Source: Octopus vulgaris (lineage: Eukaryota). Taken from it: a stretch of DNA of 64,000 nt. The notes below the pieces were generated by a model. The model saw only the letters and a list, made by a program, of their open reading frames with translations. It was not told the DNA's origin and made no database searches. Made by a program: the position numbers and the translations under genes. Shown in pieces: positions 26,329-40,023 of the stretch; within the stretch, counting starts at the first letter, position 1, and each line of letters begins with the position of its first letter. Where the stretch lies: NCBI GenBank assembly GCA_951406725.2, contig OX597822.1, forward strand, positions 70,184,001-70,248,000, read 5' to 3'.

Positions 26329-26837
26329 CCCTTTAGCATTTAAACTGTCCATATCTGGCCCAAATACTCCATTTGTTTTATGTACAGACTGACCCTATTC
26401 AGCCTTTCACACTTACCATAAATGGTCTTGTTGTTAGAGCAGCGGACTCGTGGTCAAGGGATCGCAGTTTCAAACCTCAGACCGGGTGATGTGTATGTTT
26501 ATGAGTGAAACACCTAAGCTCCATGCAACTCCGGCAGAAGGTAATGGCAAATTTCTGCTGACCCTTTTGCCGCAACTTTCTCTTACTCTCTCCTTTTGCA
26601 TCTAGCAGCTCATCTGAAATGGACTGGCATCCTATCTAGGTGGGGAACCTATACGTCAATGAAACCGGGAAGCTAGCCCTTATGAGCCAGGCATGGCTCG
26701 AGAAGGAACAAACAACATACAATGTTATTCTAAAAATAAACAAGCATATCATCGAAATCTCAATACCAAAATACATGAGTTATTCAAAACAATGAATAAA
26801 TAAGGCATTATATTAGAATAATCTGAATGCTAAAGGG
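26329..26837 (+). mobile_element. Second TTAA piggyBac-type MITE family, with a nested tRNA-derived SINE at about 26420-26717
   Basis: TTAA at 26325-26328 and 26838-26841. Perfect 12-bp TIRs CCCTTTAGCATT / AATGCTAAAGGG. Confidence 0.88.
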
Positions 26838-28999
26838 TTAATAATGGAAAAAGAAAATTGTTTTATACAATCCTTCCAAATTCTTGATTATTTTCAAAAT
26901 TAATTAGGATAAATAGGCAAACTGATTACTTTAAAATGAAAGGTTTCATATTATAGAGCTAGCAGTGGTCTTCAGTAGATTGTAATCTAAAGAGATTACT
27001 ATTAAGTAAGATTAGAGATATGCTTTTATTACAGCAAAGTAAGTGTTCCGAGATCTTCAAGTAGATAACTATCCAGCTTTGGGACCCACTTCTTTTCACT
27101 TGTCTTGTGTAATCATTGCATCAAGATTACTGCTTCAAAATTTCTTAATTCATTTTGATCACAGTTGATATAATGAGCATATTTGAACTATGAACTGCTC
27201 AACTGCTCATTATAGTTACTCATTAAATACAGCTTGAGTATGCTAAGACGAGGAAGTTTATGGTTAATGAGTTACACTTCCTGTTATTTTCATCTCTCTT
27301 TTTGTGGTTAAGTATTGTGTAGTAGTCTAATCATTATTTGATCAAAATAATTCAGTGTGAATGGAAGAGTAACTGCTTAGCCAACACATATATTCCTGCT
27401 TTAGATTGAATCCATGAGAACATGCCTCAAATTCTCATACATCACCTTGCTATGGCACGAAGGAGATTTGTAAATTAGCAAGGCCATAAATGTCAGCACA
27501 GAAATGTTGCCATCTTTCAAGAGAGATGTATGTTGATTTATCCAATACCTAAGGATCCTAAAGTGATAGCAAGTTTCTTGTATGGGCTACCTTTTATGAG
27601 CGGTGTGCTGCATGGCAGGCTGTACTACTAAAAAAAATTCAAGGTAATTTCATTGAGGGCGACTCGGTCATTTTCACTACAGATCATATACATAAGCATC
27701 TGTCTTAGAAGTGGGAAAAAATTGATTTTTTTTCTTCTTTCTTCAGAGAAAAGACTTTTTTTCTTTAATTAAAAAAAAATCAATCCTGGTAATTGTACTG
27801 ATGACTGCATGATTAACAAATACTGCTGCCATAATACACTATGGAATTATTAAAAGAAAAAACAAACAAACAGTGAATACTTGAAAAATCAGTGTGTTAA
27901 ATGTGAATATCTGTATGATCCATGTATTGAAGAAAAAATTGAATATTTTCATAATCCATGGATCAAAATTTTATCAAAACTTTTTTTAAATCACAGATGT
28001 ACATTTAACAATCTGACCATTAAATAATTTCATTGGTCACTTTTAAATTGAAAGATTGTTAATGTAGTAGTTTACATGAAAAGTAGTAAAATTTGTTATT
28101 AATTTATTAATTTGGCTAATGTAGCGAGTTGGCAGATCTGTTAGCAAGTCAGGCAAAATGCTTGGTGGCATTTCGTCTGTCTTTTAAATTTTGAGTTCAA
28201 ATTTTGCCAAGGTCAACTTTATCCTTCATCCTTTCAGGGCCAGTAAAATAAGTACCAGTGGTTCACTGGGGTTAATGTAAATGACTTAACCCCTTGATCA
28301 AAATTGCTGGCCTTGTACTAAAATTTGAAACCACTTTAGTAATTTGGCTATACAGCCTGTGATTGTCTTGCACCGAGGACGGGAAACAACCCAGAAATCT
28401 AGCTCTGTGAGTATCACGAAGACTTGAGATGGGAGCAATGATCTCCCTTGCATATAATATATAGACACAGACTGTGTGTCGATGGCCAGCTGGAAAAGAT
28501 TTTTTGTGTAGTTAAACAATAGTAACATCGTCCTTGTATAGAACTGCCACATTCTGTTGGCAAATAAACTTAACTAAAACAAAAATTGTTTTAAAAGAAA
28601 AAATTCCAGAGAAAATAATTATTATGAATGTTCTTTGCACAAGATGTTTACATGTGTGATGTTCCTTAGCGAAAATGCCTCTGATTTAAAATGCTACAAG
28701 GTATGGTGCTGGTGGGGGGGAACTTGATTAAAAGGAGCCAACTGCAAAGAAAGAAATTGAAAAACAAATTAACATGGCCTGACAAGTTGGATGGGGCATA
28801 ATGATGAAAATGCTGTGAAAAAAAATGAGCAGCACAAATGAAGAAAATAGTCTGACTGAACCACATAGAACAGTTAAAATATTGCCTAAAAAAATACAGA
28901 CTAGAAACGTCATTTATTATTCATTCATTATTGATGTAAATAGAAAAAAAAATTACTTATAAATCTTAGAAACTTTGTAGCGTTGCACTTTTTTGTTTT

Positions 29000-30724
29000 T
29001 TAAATATAACTTTTCCAATATTTAAAGATATTTGCAATGTTGCAACTTGTAAATTGTCTTTGACATGAATATCTGTCAATCTTGACTTAAGCGCATTATA
29101 TCTGCTGCCAAATATGATGACATGTCTTTAGCAAAGCACACCATTTTGGGGTAGTTTTTTTTCAGGAAGAGTTCCATAGAACTGCAACAAACATTCGTCT
29201 TTAAATTTTTGCTGAAGAAGTTCATTTTTCTCAAGCTCAATTATTTCCATTCGCAGTTTCTTTTGTGCTAATTTTTTTTTTCAACATCAACATTAAATAA
29301 ATTTCAAAAAAGATTAAAATGAGCTTCTCTGGCTTTGAAGCCCTTAAATCTGGTATTGAATTCTTTTTTCAGCTCATTTAACTCCATAGTGAAGATGTTT
29401 TATCTAGATCTGCTGTGATTGGTTAGTATGGGAAAATGGAAATTATCACCAGTTTTGTGTTAATTCTCCCCAAATCTGAGGTTTCGTTTCAAAAGCTTTG
29501 ACTTGAGAATACATCTCATGTATCAGCTGAATTTGTTTTCGCAATTTTAAACTGAGATAATTAAAAAGGGTAATGATATCTACAAGAAATGCAAGGAGAC
29601 AAATCCAGTTATCATCCTTCAGCTTGGGAACAAATTTATCTTTCATTTCTAAGATGGTGCATCCTCTTCTCTGAAGCTATAAAGCATCTCTCCTTCACTT
29701 AATCAATAAGATGTAGAATAGTAAACCAGATTGATATACTCCAATTCAAGTTCTAAGAACTCTTTACACTGGTGCTTGAGATTTTATAAAACTTATGGCT
29801 GAAATGACTGCATTCATAGCATTTTCAAATTTTACAAACGTTGCACATGAATTTTCTTGATGAATTATGCAATGAATTGTTTCAAAGTCACTGTTTACTA
29901 AATTCAAAGAAGTTAATTTATCCTTTAATGTGGACGGAAAGCCTATCTTATCAACTGTTGTTGGGGTCCTGTCTGTTGCTTCTCCGAGGAGCCTTTCCAA
30001 TGGGAGATTAAGCTTCATTGTTACTTCTTTACAAATGTTATATTCTGTAATGGCGTCTTCCTTTGTCTGAACAGTAAATAAGTCTTCAGTGATGTTAAAT
30101 GATTTATCAATGCCACATATGAACATTATCAGTTGGGCTGAATTGGATATATCTGTGCTTTTGTCAATAACCTGTGAAAAAGAATCAAAGTTTCTTATTT
30201 TTTTTTTTTTTTGACAGCATACCCTTGATACCTGTTGTAATATCTTCAACCAGTCTTATTGTCTCGTAAGACAAGCTAATCATGTCAAACATATTTAAGT
30301 TACTCAGACATAAAACTTCAGTCACTGCCAAAAGACATTTCTTTTTACAAATTAACCATCAGAATAATTTTTTGAATTTAACATTTTTGTTAACTTTTTT
30401 GCCTGTATGTACAATTTCTGTGAATTCTACCTGCCTTTTAGCAAAAGAGTGTATTTAGTTTACTGTTCTGTTTCTTGGGGGTTTCAATTTTTGTGATCTA
30501 ATATCTCCTTTAAATTTATCATAAGGCAAATAGTTTGAAATGTAATGCTGCTAAACATTAAATTCTTTAAAAGCAGTGATGTATTTATAACATATTCAAC
30601 ACATTAATCTGTTTTTTTTTCCTTCTTTTTTTTGTTACTTCAACAAAGAAGTAATCATTTGACTACTTTCCTTGGAATTTTCTCATTTCTTCAGAAGTCT
30701 TTTTTTTTTTGTGGATGAAGCCAT
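29000..30724 (-). mobile_element. Decayed near-full-length hAT transposase (SPIN/GTF2IRD2/Charlie-Buster-like)
   Basis: ORF 29764-30249 has DKSTDISNSAQL, ATD and HCIIHQE (CxxH motif). ORF 29446-29646 has WICLLAFLVDI...LSLKL...VKAFETK. The N-terminus MASSTKK...RKFQ..DYFFVE starts at ATG 30724, and the C-terminal SRLTD lies near 29075. Many frameshifts. Confidence 0.88.
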
Positions 30725-31367
30725 AAGGCTGTGATATCAGAAATCAAAATTAAAAAAAAAAAAATTTATTGATTTAATATCTTTTTCCACTGCTTATAAC
30801 AACTTGTTGTGATAGTTCAGTGATTGTGACCACACATGCATATCATGTAGTATAGTTTTACACACTTGCGTTCTGAAAAGGAAAGTGTTGTCAATCAGGC
30901 TTGACAATGCTATACAATACACACTTGTAGGTACAGTTGCTGAATTTTCACAAGTTGTTATATGTGGTGGAAACAGAAGTTGAACATTATATCAATAATT
31001 TTCATTTGTTGATGTTGTGTCCTGAGTAGAGAAGCCAGTTTAAGGCTCTCAAATGTTTGGATGGCTGTAAATTGACTCTGAGGCACATTGAAAATTACAT
31101 GGATGATTGATAATTGCAAATATTTTCAACTTCATGACTGGTGTCCCCACAACATAATGGGCATTAATGAGTAAAAGAGGTTAGTTAGGCATTTAATAAT
31201 TATATCTTTTTGACACTAGCCTCTCCAAACCTCTTTGTGTGAGAAAGAGTATGAATGAACTAGTGAGAATAAAATGAAAGAATCATAATTTTAATAAACA
31301 TAATTTTTCCTCATGAAATTAGGGGCATCATTCAAAAGGCCAAATGGGCTGCAGTTGACCCATGACT

Positions 31368-31427
<60 letters not shown>

Positions 31428-32312
31428 CGTACGTACGTACGTATGAGAGAGAGAGAGAGAGGTCACCATCTTTCCACAGCTGGGGTATTTTTGTAAATTT
31501 GAATGTGCAGTGTATGAATTCAGGATTCTTTTGTGATGTGAGACTGATACTTGGTTATATAATTTTATTCAGTTTACAATACAGTAATTCCATTGTAAGA
31601 ATGTGAGTCTAACACATCTGGATAAGTGGTTTAGTAACTTAATTTCTTAACTGCAGCAATATCTTCTTTGCCTTAGAAATAGGCTGTGATAATTTTGAGT
31701 AATTTGTTTTAATAATGTTCAGAGTAGAATAACTAAAAGAGAGAGAGATAGATAGATAAATAGACAGACAGATAGATAGATAGAGAGAGGGGAGAGGGGG
31801 TGGAAGGAGGGAGATGTACATAAACATATTTTAAAGTTTTATTTTATATTACCACATCTTTAAAAGCTCAGATTTGTTCATTTAGTCTTTCCAGATTTTT
31901 GAATAAGACATATGATTTATAATTTAAGATTTTTGAAACGTATTTTTCTCTTAAATTTTAATTATAGATTCATATCAAATCACCTCATAAATATTATTAT
32001 TTTATATCAAGATTTAAGAGGACATCCTCACAATATCATTAGTATATTTTGCACTGCTATTAACGGTACTTTATCATTGATTTGAAAGCTTTTCTGTCAT
32101 AGGTGGCTTTAGTTTTTCATCTAACTTCTGTTGTGCTGTATGTTTGGTATGTTCTTGTGTCATCATGTTAATGCTATATGATAAAGAGGGATTCATACCA
32201 TACAAAACTGGTGATTTAATCAGTGTCAATCTTTATTTATGCTATGAGACATGATAAATCTCCTGTCATACATAACTTTTGTAAAATTTAGTTTTCAACA
32301 CAACTATTTATG

Positions 32313-32356
<44 letters not shown>

Positions 32357-33341
32357 AATACTTTCTTTGAAAATATGTCTCTAAATATTATTACACAAAA
32401 TTGATGTTACTATTTGTTATATATTTTCTTCTGTCTGTCTGTCTCTCCTTTTCCAACTGAGGTTGCCATGTATCTCCTCTACTGCAAGACACCTATCTCT
32501 GTTGCTCTGTTATTCTTTTTTTACCCGCTCATCACCTGGTACAAAGCTACCTCCCTTAATGTTACTCCCCACCCCTACCCTCAGTCTTGCAAGTTACTTA
32601 GTGACCTCACTGTTGCTGGTGCCACGTTAAAAAGTGCCCAGTCCACTCTGTAAAGTTGTTAAAAGTAGGAAAGGGCATCTGACCATAGAAACCATGCTTA
32701 TGCAGACAGCTGAGTTTGGTGTGGTCTTCTGGCTTTCCAGCCCCTGCCAAATTGTTCAACCCATGCTAGAATGGAAAACAGACATTAAATGATGAGGATG
32801 AGGATGATGAGCGTCTTGAATATTCTCTAAAATATACCAATTTTCAGCACCAACTAGTGTACAGCATTGTACATATACTTAGTGATTCTCTCATCATTAT
32901 TTTGCCCAGTATGGTGAAGTATATGCTTCCCTTAAAAACCAAAGGATGTTCAGAGTTGTCTCTTGGTACTTGAGAGAATAATTAAAATAATATTTGTCAT
33001 TGAGTAATATTATATTTTCCTCACAGCATAATTGTTTCTAATTTGCTTAAGTAATCACTGAATTTAATATCCTAACACTAATTTAACTTTGTAACGCTAT
33101 TTTCTCTTAATAGATGATCAAGATAAAATAATATCAGACTAGCTTTTATTCTGTTGTAATAAGAACTTTCTATATTCTCTACTTCCTCTCAATAGTAAAG
33201 CATTTTAGTTTCCGATCTTGCATGTCTCTCTATTTTCCTTGTCAGTTGTTTTTCTTATTCCCTTCCCAACCCATGCCTGCACTATTGCTAGATAAAAGCA
33301 GGTTAAGTGTCTTGGTTAGGGGCTCATAAAACATCTATGAA

Positions 33342-33378
<37 letters not shown>

Positions 33379-34183
33379 GTCTGAAGTCTTAGGGGCTAAC
33401 TGTTATCTAATCAGTTTGTACAGCTTCTCAGAAGAAAACAAAATTTAAATTTACTTCCTCTATTGAGAAGTTCTCCTTTTATACTCAAGATTTTTTTTTA
33501 GGGATGCTAAGTCATGATATGACAGTGAACAGAAGATATGTTTGTTAAATGACAATACTGTCTGCAAATTATTGTATTATCAAACCTATAATTCACACTT
33601 CACAACCTTATTTAGTTTCTTTTCCCATACATAATTTGAATTCTTAGCGGGTTAAAGAATTGCTAGATTTTGTGAGATCTTGTAACCGGGATAATTGCTT
33701 CTTGTTTAAATTTTTTTATAGCTTGGATAGGCTATATTTGAAAATAAAATGCTTGTCTGATCAACTTATTGAAAGAGCATAAGCTGGGTAGAGTTTTGGT
33801 TTAATGAAAGCTTGGTAGAGTTTGGTTTTAGTTAGATACATCCTGTGTTTGTAATTTGGCACTGCCTTAAAAGTCAAATGAGGTTTGTCTGGGATCTAAT
33901 CCTGGAACCGCGCGCGCGTGTGTGTGTGTACGTACGTGTACGTATGTGCATGCATACATGTATATATGTATAAATTCTTGTGTGTGTGTATGCACGCATA
34001 CATGTATATAAGAATAGATTCTTGTGTGCACATGTATATGTGTAGATTCTTATGTTTATGTCCATGTGTGTACACACACATATATGTAAATATACGCACA
34101 CACATATATGCATATATTTTCGTGTATGTATGCACGAATGTTTGTGTTATGTGAGTGCCTATAGATGAATATTATACATACTT

Positions 34184-34250
<67 letters not shown>

Positions 34251-34585
34251 TGTGTGTGTATGTGCATATTTATACGTATCTATTTGTGTATATCTGCATG
34301 CATGGGTGTGTATTAGTATACATGTGTAGTGTGTATGTCCATGCATTTAGTGTTATCATTTAATCATTTTATATGTTTCATTAAACCAAAGATGTATGTG
34401 TTTTTATTTTCACAATTTTTTGTTTGTTGATCTTGTATCATAAGACCGACCAGATTGTCTTCTCATTGAGGATGCACTCAGTGTGCCTTGAGTGCTATGC
34501 TTTGTTACAATGCCTATATGCAGACCCATATACATGTCAGAAGATGCTCACTACACATACACATATATACAGACAAATTCCATCA

Positions 34586-34636
<51 letters not shown>

Positions 34637-34664
34637 CCTAGTGGTTAGAGTGTTGTACTCATGG

Positions 34665-34797
34665 TTGCTACGTGAAAGGTAGGAGAGTCCAGTTTGCTGG
34701 ACATTGTTGTAGAGCTATGCCATGATGGACCGTGAAGTCTGGCGTGGCATGGTAAATTCCATTGTCTCGACCACGGTCGAACAATGATGATGATGAC
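34665..34797 (+). mobile_element. Internally deleted 3' end of an RTE-like LINE inserted in a SINE head
   Basis: Reads RRVQFAGHCCRA joined to MMDREVWRGMVNSIVSTTVEQ* followed by (TGA)n. These resemble the LRWxGHxxR and DRxxWR C-terminal motifs of RTE ORFs. Confidence 0.6.
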
Positions 34798-36870
34798 GTC
34801 ATGATTTCAATTCCCAGACCAGATAGTATGTGGTGTTCTTGAGTAAAACGCTTCATTTCCTGTTGCTCCAGTCCACTCAGCTGTAAATAGGTACACCCTG
34901 CAGTGGGATAGCCTTCTGATGAGTGGGAATGTCAGCCTGATCACCTAGCTAAAATAATCCAAATCGCTTTGAGACTAGTGATATATAACAACATCTGATG
35001 GTTTGGTCAATACTGTGATAACCATGATATATATATATGTATATATGTATAAATTAAAAATGTTTCTTGTGGCCCTTTAATGAATAGAATACCTCATTAC
35101 TGAATCATAACTCTTCAATGAATCTTTGACTCACCAGTGAGGGCCCAAATGAGTTGTGTCTATATTTGGGTTGTTTTGTTTGAACTTATACCATACTGGG
35201 TATGCATCATTTTTCATTTCTAAAATTCAGTTTTGTGCACACTTTCATTGTCTACTACTCTTTCATCTAAGAGAGCAAGTAAGACTGGTGAGGGTGAATG
35301 TGTGAGAAAAAGACAGTGTGGGAGAAAAAAGAAAAAGGAATGAGGATGTAAATATTTTAAATCCAATATTTTCATTTCTAATGATTACTATGTACATAAA
35401 TATCTATTATATTATTTTGGTTGTGTACCTATCATATAATATCAGGGTAATGGTTAGTTGAAAGGAGAGGCAGAGAGAGGGGGGGAGGGTGTTCAGCAGA
35501 AGGGAATGCTGTAGTGGTCTGAAGTAGGAGAAAGGAAATACTCTTATGGTATGTGGTTAAATGAATAGCTGAAAGGAAAGGCAGAGAGAAGGAGAGAGAG
35601 GTTTTTACAGGATAGGACATGGCACATGCAACTCATCATGTGTTAGGATGGTGGTGGTGGCATCACCAACTGGACAATTGGTTAATGAAGATGGTGGCAG
35701 TGGTGGTTGTAAAGTGGTGACAGTGAAGAGTATAGTTTCTTTTTTCCTGAACTATTTCCATGTTAGCAGGGAAAGCAGCCATTAAACAATGATGATGATG
35801 ATAATTTTGTTTTCTTTTAATCATCAGTCACTTAACAAGTCAACTTTAGCGTAATTAATTATCTACCAAGCCAAACCTTTCCAACTAAATATGTAGCGCT
35901 TTGTGTAACACAATCAAAGACATGAAAATTTCGTTATTCATAAGATGATTGACTGATAAACTAAAGAATGATATGGATGACATAAAACTTTAGAATATAC
36001 TTATGCTATTTATGTTATTCATAAGACAATTAACGAATAAACATATGTTTAAATTAAGTATGGTGTATATCATCGTCATTGTTTTTTACGTCAACTTTTC
36101 CATGTTCGCATAGGTCGGATGGAAATTTGTTGTATCTTCTTTGGCCGGATGCCCTTCCTGTTGCCAAATCTCACCTGCTTCCAAGTAAGGTCATATTTCC
36201 CCATGACCAGAAATGTTTTCATGGAACATTTGGAACAAAGGACACTGCTTGAATGACAGTTAAATTTGTTTACAACTATCATGCAATATCAAGACTAAGA
36301 AAGAAACAAACAGATAGACAGACAGACAGACAGACACGCATGCACACACACATACACACACACATGACAAGCTTCTTTCAGTTTCTATCAACAAATACAC
36401 TCAGAGTACTTTGGTTGGACCTGGGCTGTAGTAGAAGATGCTTGCCTAAGGTGCCATGCAGTGGGATTGAACCCAGAACCATGTGATTGGTAACAAAATT
36501 CTTACCATACAGCTATGCCTGTACTTATAAGCACTTGCCCAAGGTGTGTGTATGTATGTATGTATGTAATATATATATATATATATATAAGAAGTGTGTG
36601 TGTATTCACTTTTCATGTGAAAATAGCTTCACCAATTACTTCCATATTTGTGATGCATGAATAATTTGACCTTGGGTCTTTATTCGATTTTTTTTTATTT
36701 AAAAAAAAAATATTGCTTTATATTTATGTTTCACTTCTTTAAAAAGGTTTCTCAATGTCAACTTCCAGTATTGGCAAAGTTCATAAATTTAAATATTTGG
36801 TACAAGATTTAACGTCCTTTTATTTATACAATTTTTTCATTCCATGTTTATCTCATTCAGTGTTTGCAAT

Positions 36871-36989
<119 letters not shown>

Positions 36990-37464
36990 CTCCAGGTTTG
37001 ATTTCATTCTGAACTCGCACACTTTGTTAGTTTTCGTAAAATTTTTTTTAGCTATTTTCTTTTTGCAAGCTGTGTTCAGCTCTAAGTATTTATAGTCAAT
37101 CACACAAGCACATGTGTGTTTTTGTATGCACATTTGTATAGATTTATGTACGTGTGTGTGTGTGTCTGTGTGAAGGGTTGTGTTGTCATGTATACGTACA
37201 TACATAAATACATATGCATACGTCTTTTTTCTATGTACGTGTGTATGTGTGTGTGTGAGAGAGAGAGAAAGTGAGAGTGATGTCTAAGTGGCATTCTCTC
37301 TCTTTCTCTCACACACATACATACAAGAAAGATGTATGCCTATTTATGTATGTATGTATACATACATGACAACACACCCCTTCACTTGCTCTCTCTCTCT
37401 CTCACACACATGTCCATTTCATCTGATGTTTGATACTGTATGTATATGTGTGTATGTGGCGTTC

Positions 37465-38572
37465 CACAATCGCCAGAAAAAAGCAGAGGAATTTTCTTTC
37501 TTGATGCTCCTGGTGGCACAGGTAAAACATTTGTAACATTGCTTCTCTCCAAGGTAGGGTAACAAAAAAGAATTGCAGTTGTTGTACCATTGTCTGGCCT
37601 TGCTGCCACCATTCTCCCTAGAGGATGAACAGCTCATTCTGCTATTAAATTACCACTAAACCTGGACACAAATGACAAACTAATTTGTAACATAAGCAAA
37701 GATTCAAGATCACCAGAAGTGTTGTGCCAATGCCACCTTATCATTTGGGATGAATGCACCATGTCTCACAGAGGCGCAATGGAAGCTCTTGGGAAGACCT
37801 TACAGGACATCAAAGGCAACAATAAATCTATGGGAGGAGTTACATTAGTTTTATCAGGAGACTTCAGATAGACATTACCAGTCATTCCGGGCCGAACAAG
37901 ATCTGATGAAATAAAAGCATGCATTAAGTCTTCAATACTAATGTAAGACCTTTATTACATGTGGACCAATGTGCAAAACAGTTTTCAACCTGGCTCCTCC
38001 AATTAGGAAATGGGAAAGTACTATTTGGTGGGAATGGTGATATCAGTTTAGCTCATATTGCTGTCGTGGAGAATTCCCCAGCTGAACTGAAGAACAGAGT
38101 ATTTCCCAGACTTAAGTAATAATCATAATTCACATAAATGGTTGTGTGAAAGGGCAATTGTTGCTCCAAAAAATGAGACAGTAGCAAGGATTAACCATGA
38201 ATTAATGAATAAGATTCCAACAATCATTAAGAAGTACAAATCAGATGATTCAGTCCTTGATGAAAATCAAGCTGTCCATTACCCAACTGAGTTCCTTAAT
38301 TCTCTTGAGCCACCTGGAATTCCTCCACATAAACTTTTTCTGAAGGTAGGAGTCCCAATAATGCTTCTAAGAAATTTAGATCCTCTTAAATTATGCAATG
38401 GGACAAGGTTGATTGTGAAAACATTACCTAATGTAACAGAAGCTAACATCATCAATGGATGTGCCTCTGGGGCTTTCATTCCAAGATTTCCAATCAAACC
38501 AACAGACATGCCATTTGAGTTCAAATGAACACAATTCCCAGTCCGACTTTGCTTTGGTATGTCTATTAATAC
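37465..38572 (+). mobile_element. Helitron RepHel relic: Pif1-family helicase domain with stops and frameshifts
   Basis: Reads GIFFLDAPGGTGKTF (Walker A, from 37488), SGLAATILPRG*TAHS, LIIWDECTM (Walker B) and GGVTLVLSGDFR*TLPVIP. ORF 38142-38528 gives [39 protein letters not shown], followed by QFPVRLCFGMSIN. Confidence 0.93.
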
Positions 38573-39146
38573 AATGGCCTTGCTGAAATTGTCAGATGGT
38601 GTTGTTTTGTTTGTATTCCACTGTGAAAGTAACATCCAGGTTTCTTGACATAGTGCATGATTTTTTTGTAAACTGAAGGCTCATTTAAAATGTTGTCACT
38701 TGGTTCCACTTCTCCGTGTAGCTTTGTCCTGGCTGTTTGTTGTTCAGTAAATTGGGACATTATTATTTTACTGGTGCTATGTAATAAGCACCCGTGTTAG
38801 TACCACGTATAAGCACCCATGTTGGTGTCATGTATAGAGCACCTGTGCTGGTGCCACATAAAAAAGCACTCAATACACTCTATAAAGTGGTTGGCATTTG
38901 GAAGGGCATCTAGCTGTAAGAACTTTGACAAAACAGGCAAAGACTGTCCAACCCATGATCGCATAGAAAATGGACCATAAATGATGATGGTGGTGATATT
39001 TATGTATTTGATCGTACACATCTCACTTGATCTAAAATGCGGGTAATTTTCCTTGAGAGTGCTCAACAAGAAATTAAGATTTAATTACTGTTATGATAAC
39101 ACTGTGAATAAACTTGAACTGCATGGAAGAACCTCATATATCATAA

Positions 39147-39177
<31 letters not shown>

Positions 39178-39978
39178 TAATGTAGGAAAATATATCCTTT
39201 GTATATCACTTTGCGAGAACAGTAAATATGTTGTAAGATTATTCTCATTCTTTTTATGCAGATATTATAACGAAGTTATGTTAATTTGCATTTATGAAAG
39301 CCTCTTGCTGTAACCACTCCTTTCTAAGCTGACTCAAATGACATTGTTTTAGATATTAACCGCAAAAAACAAAAAAAAACAAACAAACAAAAGCAACAAA
39401 AACCTGATACTTGTGATTTCAAGGGTGTTGACAATTTTAACACTGTTAAAAATTTAATGCTATGTTTCGTTTAGGTTTGTGATTAAATAACTGTTTTTGT
39501 GGATTTTTCAAAGGAAATAAATATTTTCATACAGATAAATATAATCAAGTGAGATGAATTTATTTTGTGATAACTTACTCCTTTATATTTTAGTTCCAAA
39601 GCTATTATTGTTGAGAAAGAAGGTTACAACTACTAACTCACATTTCTTTACTGCATACCTAAAGACTAAGTTCCTAATATATGGATCATATTTTTAGTTG
39701 TCAATCAGCATTCCATTAAAGTGTAAAGTCTTATCAGTATTTAAAATGTACTTCAACATATGGCAAGTGCCCCAGCATGACCTCAGCTCTCAAGGTGAAC
39801 CAAGTAAAAGAATAAAAGCATTTACATCGTTTTGTGGCACATAGCTCTCACTGAATATAATTAAACTACTTGAGAAAGTTCTGCAATTGTAGAAGCAGCC
39901 ACAAACCAATTTCCAATTAAATCATATATTTATCTTGCACATCTTCTGGAAATAACTTGTATTTTCTTTCTATTTCAG

Positions 39979-40023
39979 GATGAAGAAGATGAAATAAAAT
40001 TAGAAATTAATGTTCTCAAAAAG
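39979..40023 (+). CDS. msn: Internal coding exon (45 nt) of Misshapen/MAP4K4/MINK1/TNIK-family Ste20 kinase, alpha-C helix: DEEDEIKLEINVLKK
   Basis: Acceptor ttttctttctatttcag ends at 39978 and donor gtaagt starts at 40024 (phase 0/0). The translation closely matches the MAP4K4/TNIK motif DEEEEIKLEINMLKK. Confidence 0.95.
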
